Positions 63,138 through 64,000 of a DNA stretch of 64,000 nt are shown here, in pieces; positions within the stretch are counted from its first letter, which is position 1; each line of letters opens with the position of its first letter. The DNA comes from Pirellulaceae bacterium (GTDB taxonomy: Bacteria; Planctomycetota; Planctomycetia; Pirellulales; Pirellulaceae). The notes beneath the pieces are model-generated. The model was not told the DNA's origin. It was given only the letters and a program-made list of their open reading frames with translations, and made no database searches. A program made the translations under genes and the position numbers. The stretch lies in the NCBI GenBank assembly GCA_033762315.1, contig JANRLS010000079.1:11292-75291 (forward strand). The letters run 5' to 3'.

Positions 63138-63506
63138 GTGAACGATTCGCAGGCACTGGGAGTTTACGATCATGCCGGTTCTTTCGCCCGGATGGGGAAC
63201 GATACACGCCTGTTTTGCGACATGGTTGGCTTCCTGCGTCAAGATGGCCCCCGCTGCTTACAGGAGCTGCAGGCCGCCTTGGCCCAGCAGGACAGCCAGC
63301 GTGCGCGACACGCGGCCCATGCCCTGAAGGGGATGGTGGCGAATTTTGGCGCCGCGCGGGCGGAACTGGCGGCACGCAACGTGGAACAAGGCACGGGCCG
63401 CTTATCGTGGACCGAACTTTCGTCGTCCACCGCGGAGCTCGCGCTGGCACTCGACGAGCTACTCGCGGCGCTTACGCCATACTTTTCGGTCGGCGACCCG
63501 GTCTAA
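63138..63506 (+). CDS. Hpt (histidine phosphotransfer) domain protein
   Basis: AAHALKGMVANFGA phospho-His motif in a four-helix-like context. GTG start. Confidence 0.8.
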   Translation: MNDSQALGVYDHAGSFARMGNDTRLFCDMVGFLRQDGPRCLQELQAALAQQDSQRARHAAHALKGMVANFGAARAELAARNVEQGTGRLSWTELSSSTAELALALDELLAALTPYFSVGDPV

Positions 63507-63518
63507 AATCGGTTCGCC

Positions 63519-64000
63519 ATGAGCAGCACTTCGTCAGTCTCGCCCAAGCTCGGATACGACCCCGCCGCCCGCGGCCGCAATGCCGCCATCGCCTTCGGCA
63601 TCGTGATCGGGGCCCTGCTGGTCAATGGATTGCTCACCTGGCTGAATGTCCGGCAGATGCGGGAGGTTGCCGCGGGAGTGGCGCATACGCACGAAGTGCT
63701 TGGCGAACTAAGGTTGCTGGCCGCCACGGTGGTCGATGCCGAGTCGGGACAGCGCGGCTTTCTGATCACCGGAGCGCCCGAGTATTTGGAGCTTTACCGG
63801 TCGGCGGTCGAACAAATCGAACCAGGTTTGGCCCGGCTCGCGCGATTGGTGGCCGACAACCCCAAGCAGCGGGCCGACGTGCGAGAACTGCAGACGCTCG
63901 TGGCCCGGCGACTGGACCTCATTCGCCACAACATCGCCCTCCGCGAATCGCAAGGCTTTGCCGCGGCCCGCGACATGATCCTGACGGGTGAAGGAAAAAT
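63519..64000 (+). CDS. CHASE3-domain sensor protein (probably histidine kinase), N-terminal part; continues beyond the window
   Basis: My own translation from the ATG at 63519 stays open to the window end and is not in the ORF track. TM AIAFGIVIGALLVNGLLTWL, then VVDAESGQRGFLITGAPEYLELY, the CHASE3 signature. Confidence 0.8.
   Translation, partial: MSSTSSVSPKLGYDPAARGRNAAIAFGIVIGALLVNGLLTWLNVRQMREVAAGVAHTHEVLGELRLLAATVVDAESGQRGFLITGAPEYLELYRSAVEQIEPGLARLARLVADNPKQRADVRELQTLVARRLDLIRHNIALRESQGFAAARDMILTGEGK

Noticed and set aside
1-64000. A search by eye for tRNA, rRNA, tmRNA, RNase P, integrase or transposase signatures
   Set aside because: I found no GTTCGAATC-type T-loop contexts, rRNA-like conserved blocks or recombinase/transposase motifs. 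Absence is only as reliable as manual reading, so tRNAscan-SE, Infernal and ISfinder should be run.

Overview
High-G+C 64-kb chromosomal segment. I call about 55 protein-coding genes and found no rRNA, tRNA, CRISPR array, transposase or integrase by eye. The gene content points to a Planctomycetota (Pirellulales-like) genome, which is inference only. Supporting families are three DUF1501 sulfatase-like proteins, a DUF1549/DUF1553 protein, PSCyt-type cytochrome-c fusions, a very large PVC-type heme-binding dehydrogenase-like protein, a BBP7-like outer-membrane barrel, and an ECF43-like sigma factor flanked by Ser/Thr kinases. Housekeeping genes (coaD, apt, an M24 peptidase, a lipoate ligase-family protein, a YebC-family regulator, a radical SAM protein) are interspersed with signalling and envelope genes. 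ORF-track entries were trimmed to the start codon that best fits signal peptides, RBS-like purine runs and family N-termini. Very long Arg/Ala/Gly-rich ORFs antisense to recognisable genes were rejected as GC artefacts. I see no compact, obviously novel defence-type system. The most unusual material is listed below. (1) Three unusually long gene-free regions (1381-2310, 34652-35325, 61164-62037) carry two families of paralogous, apparently structured non-coding elements. One family is built from GGTTTCC/GGAAACC units with conserved spacing. The other has an ACTATAGT core with conserved island spacing. (2) At least six unrelated REP-like hairpin families sit at gene ends. (3) A vapBC toxin-antitoxin pair is wedged inside a DUF1553 / DUF1501 / PSCyt-WD40 operon. 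(4) An ECF sigma / membrane protein / HtrA-like operon encodes a protease that appears to have lost the His and Asp of its triad. (5) A CHAT peptidase carries a PDZ-like insert between its catalytic residues. (6) A six-gene operon of small membrane stress proteins lies next to a Crp/Fnr regulator. (7) An ECF43-like sigma factor sits between two kinases with structured AT-rich spacers. All family assignments come from motif reading, not database searches. G+C differences are judged by eye and were not computed.
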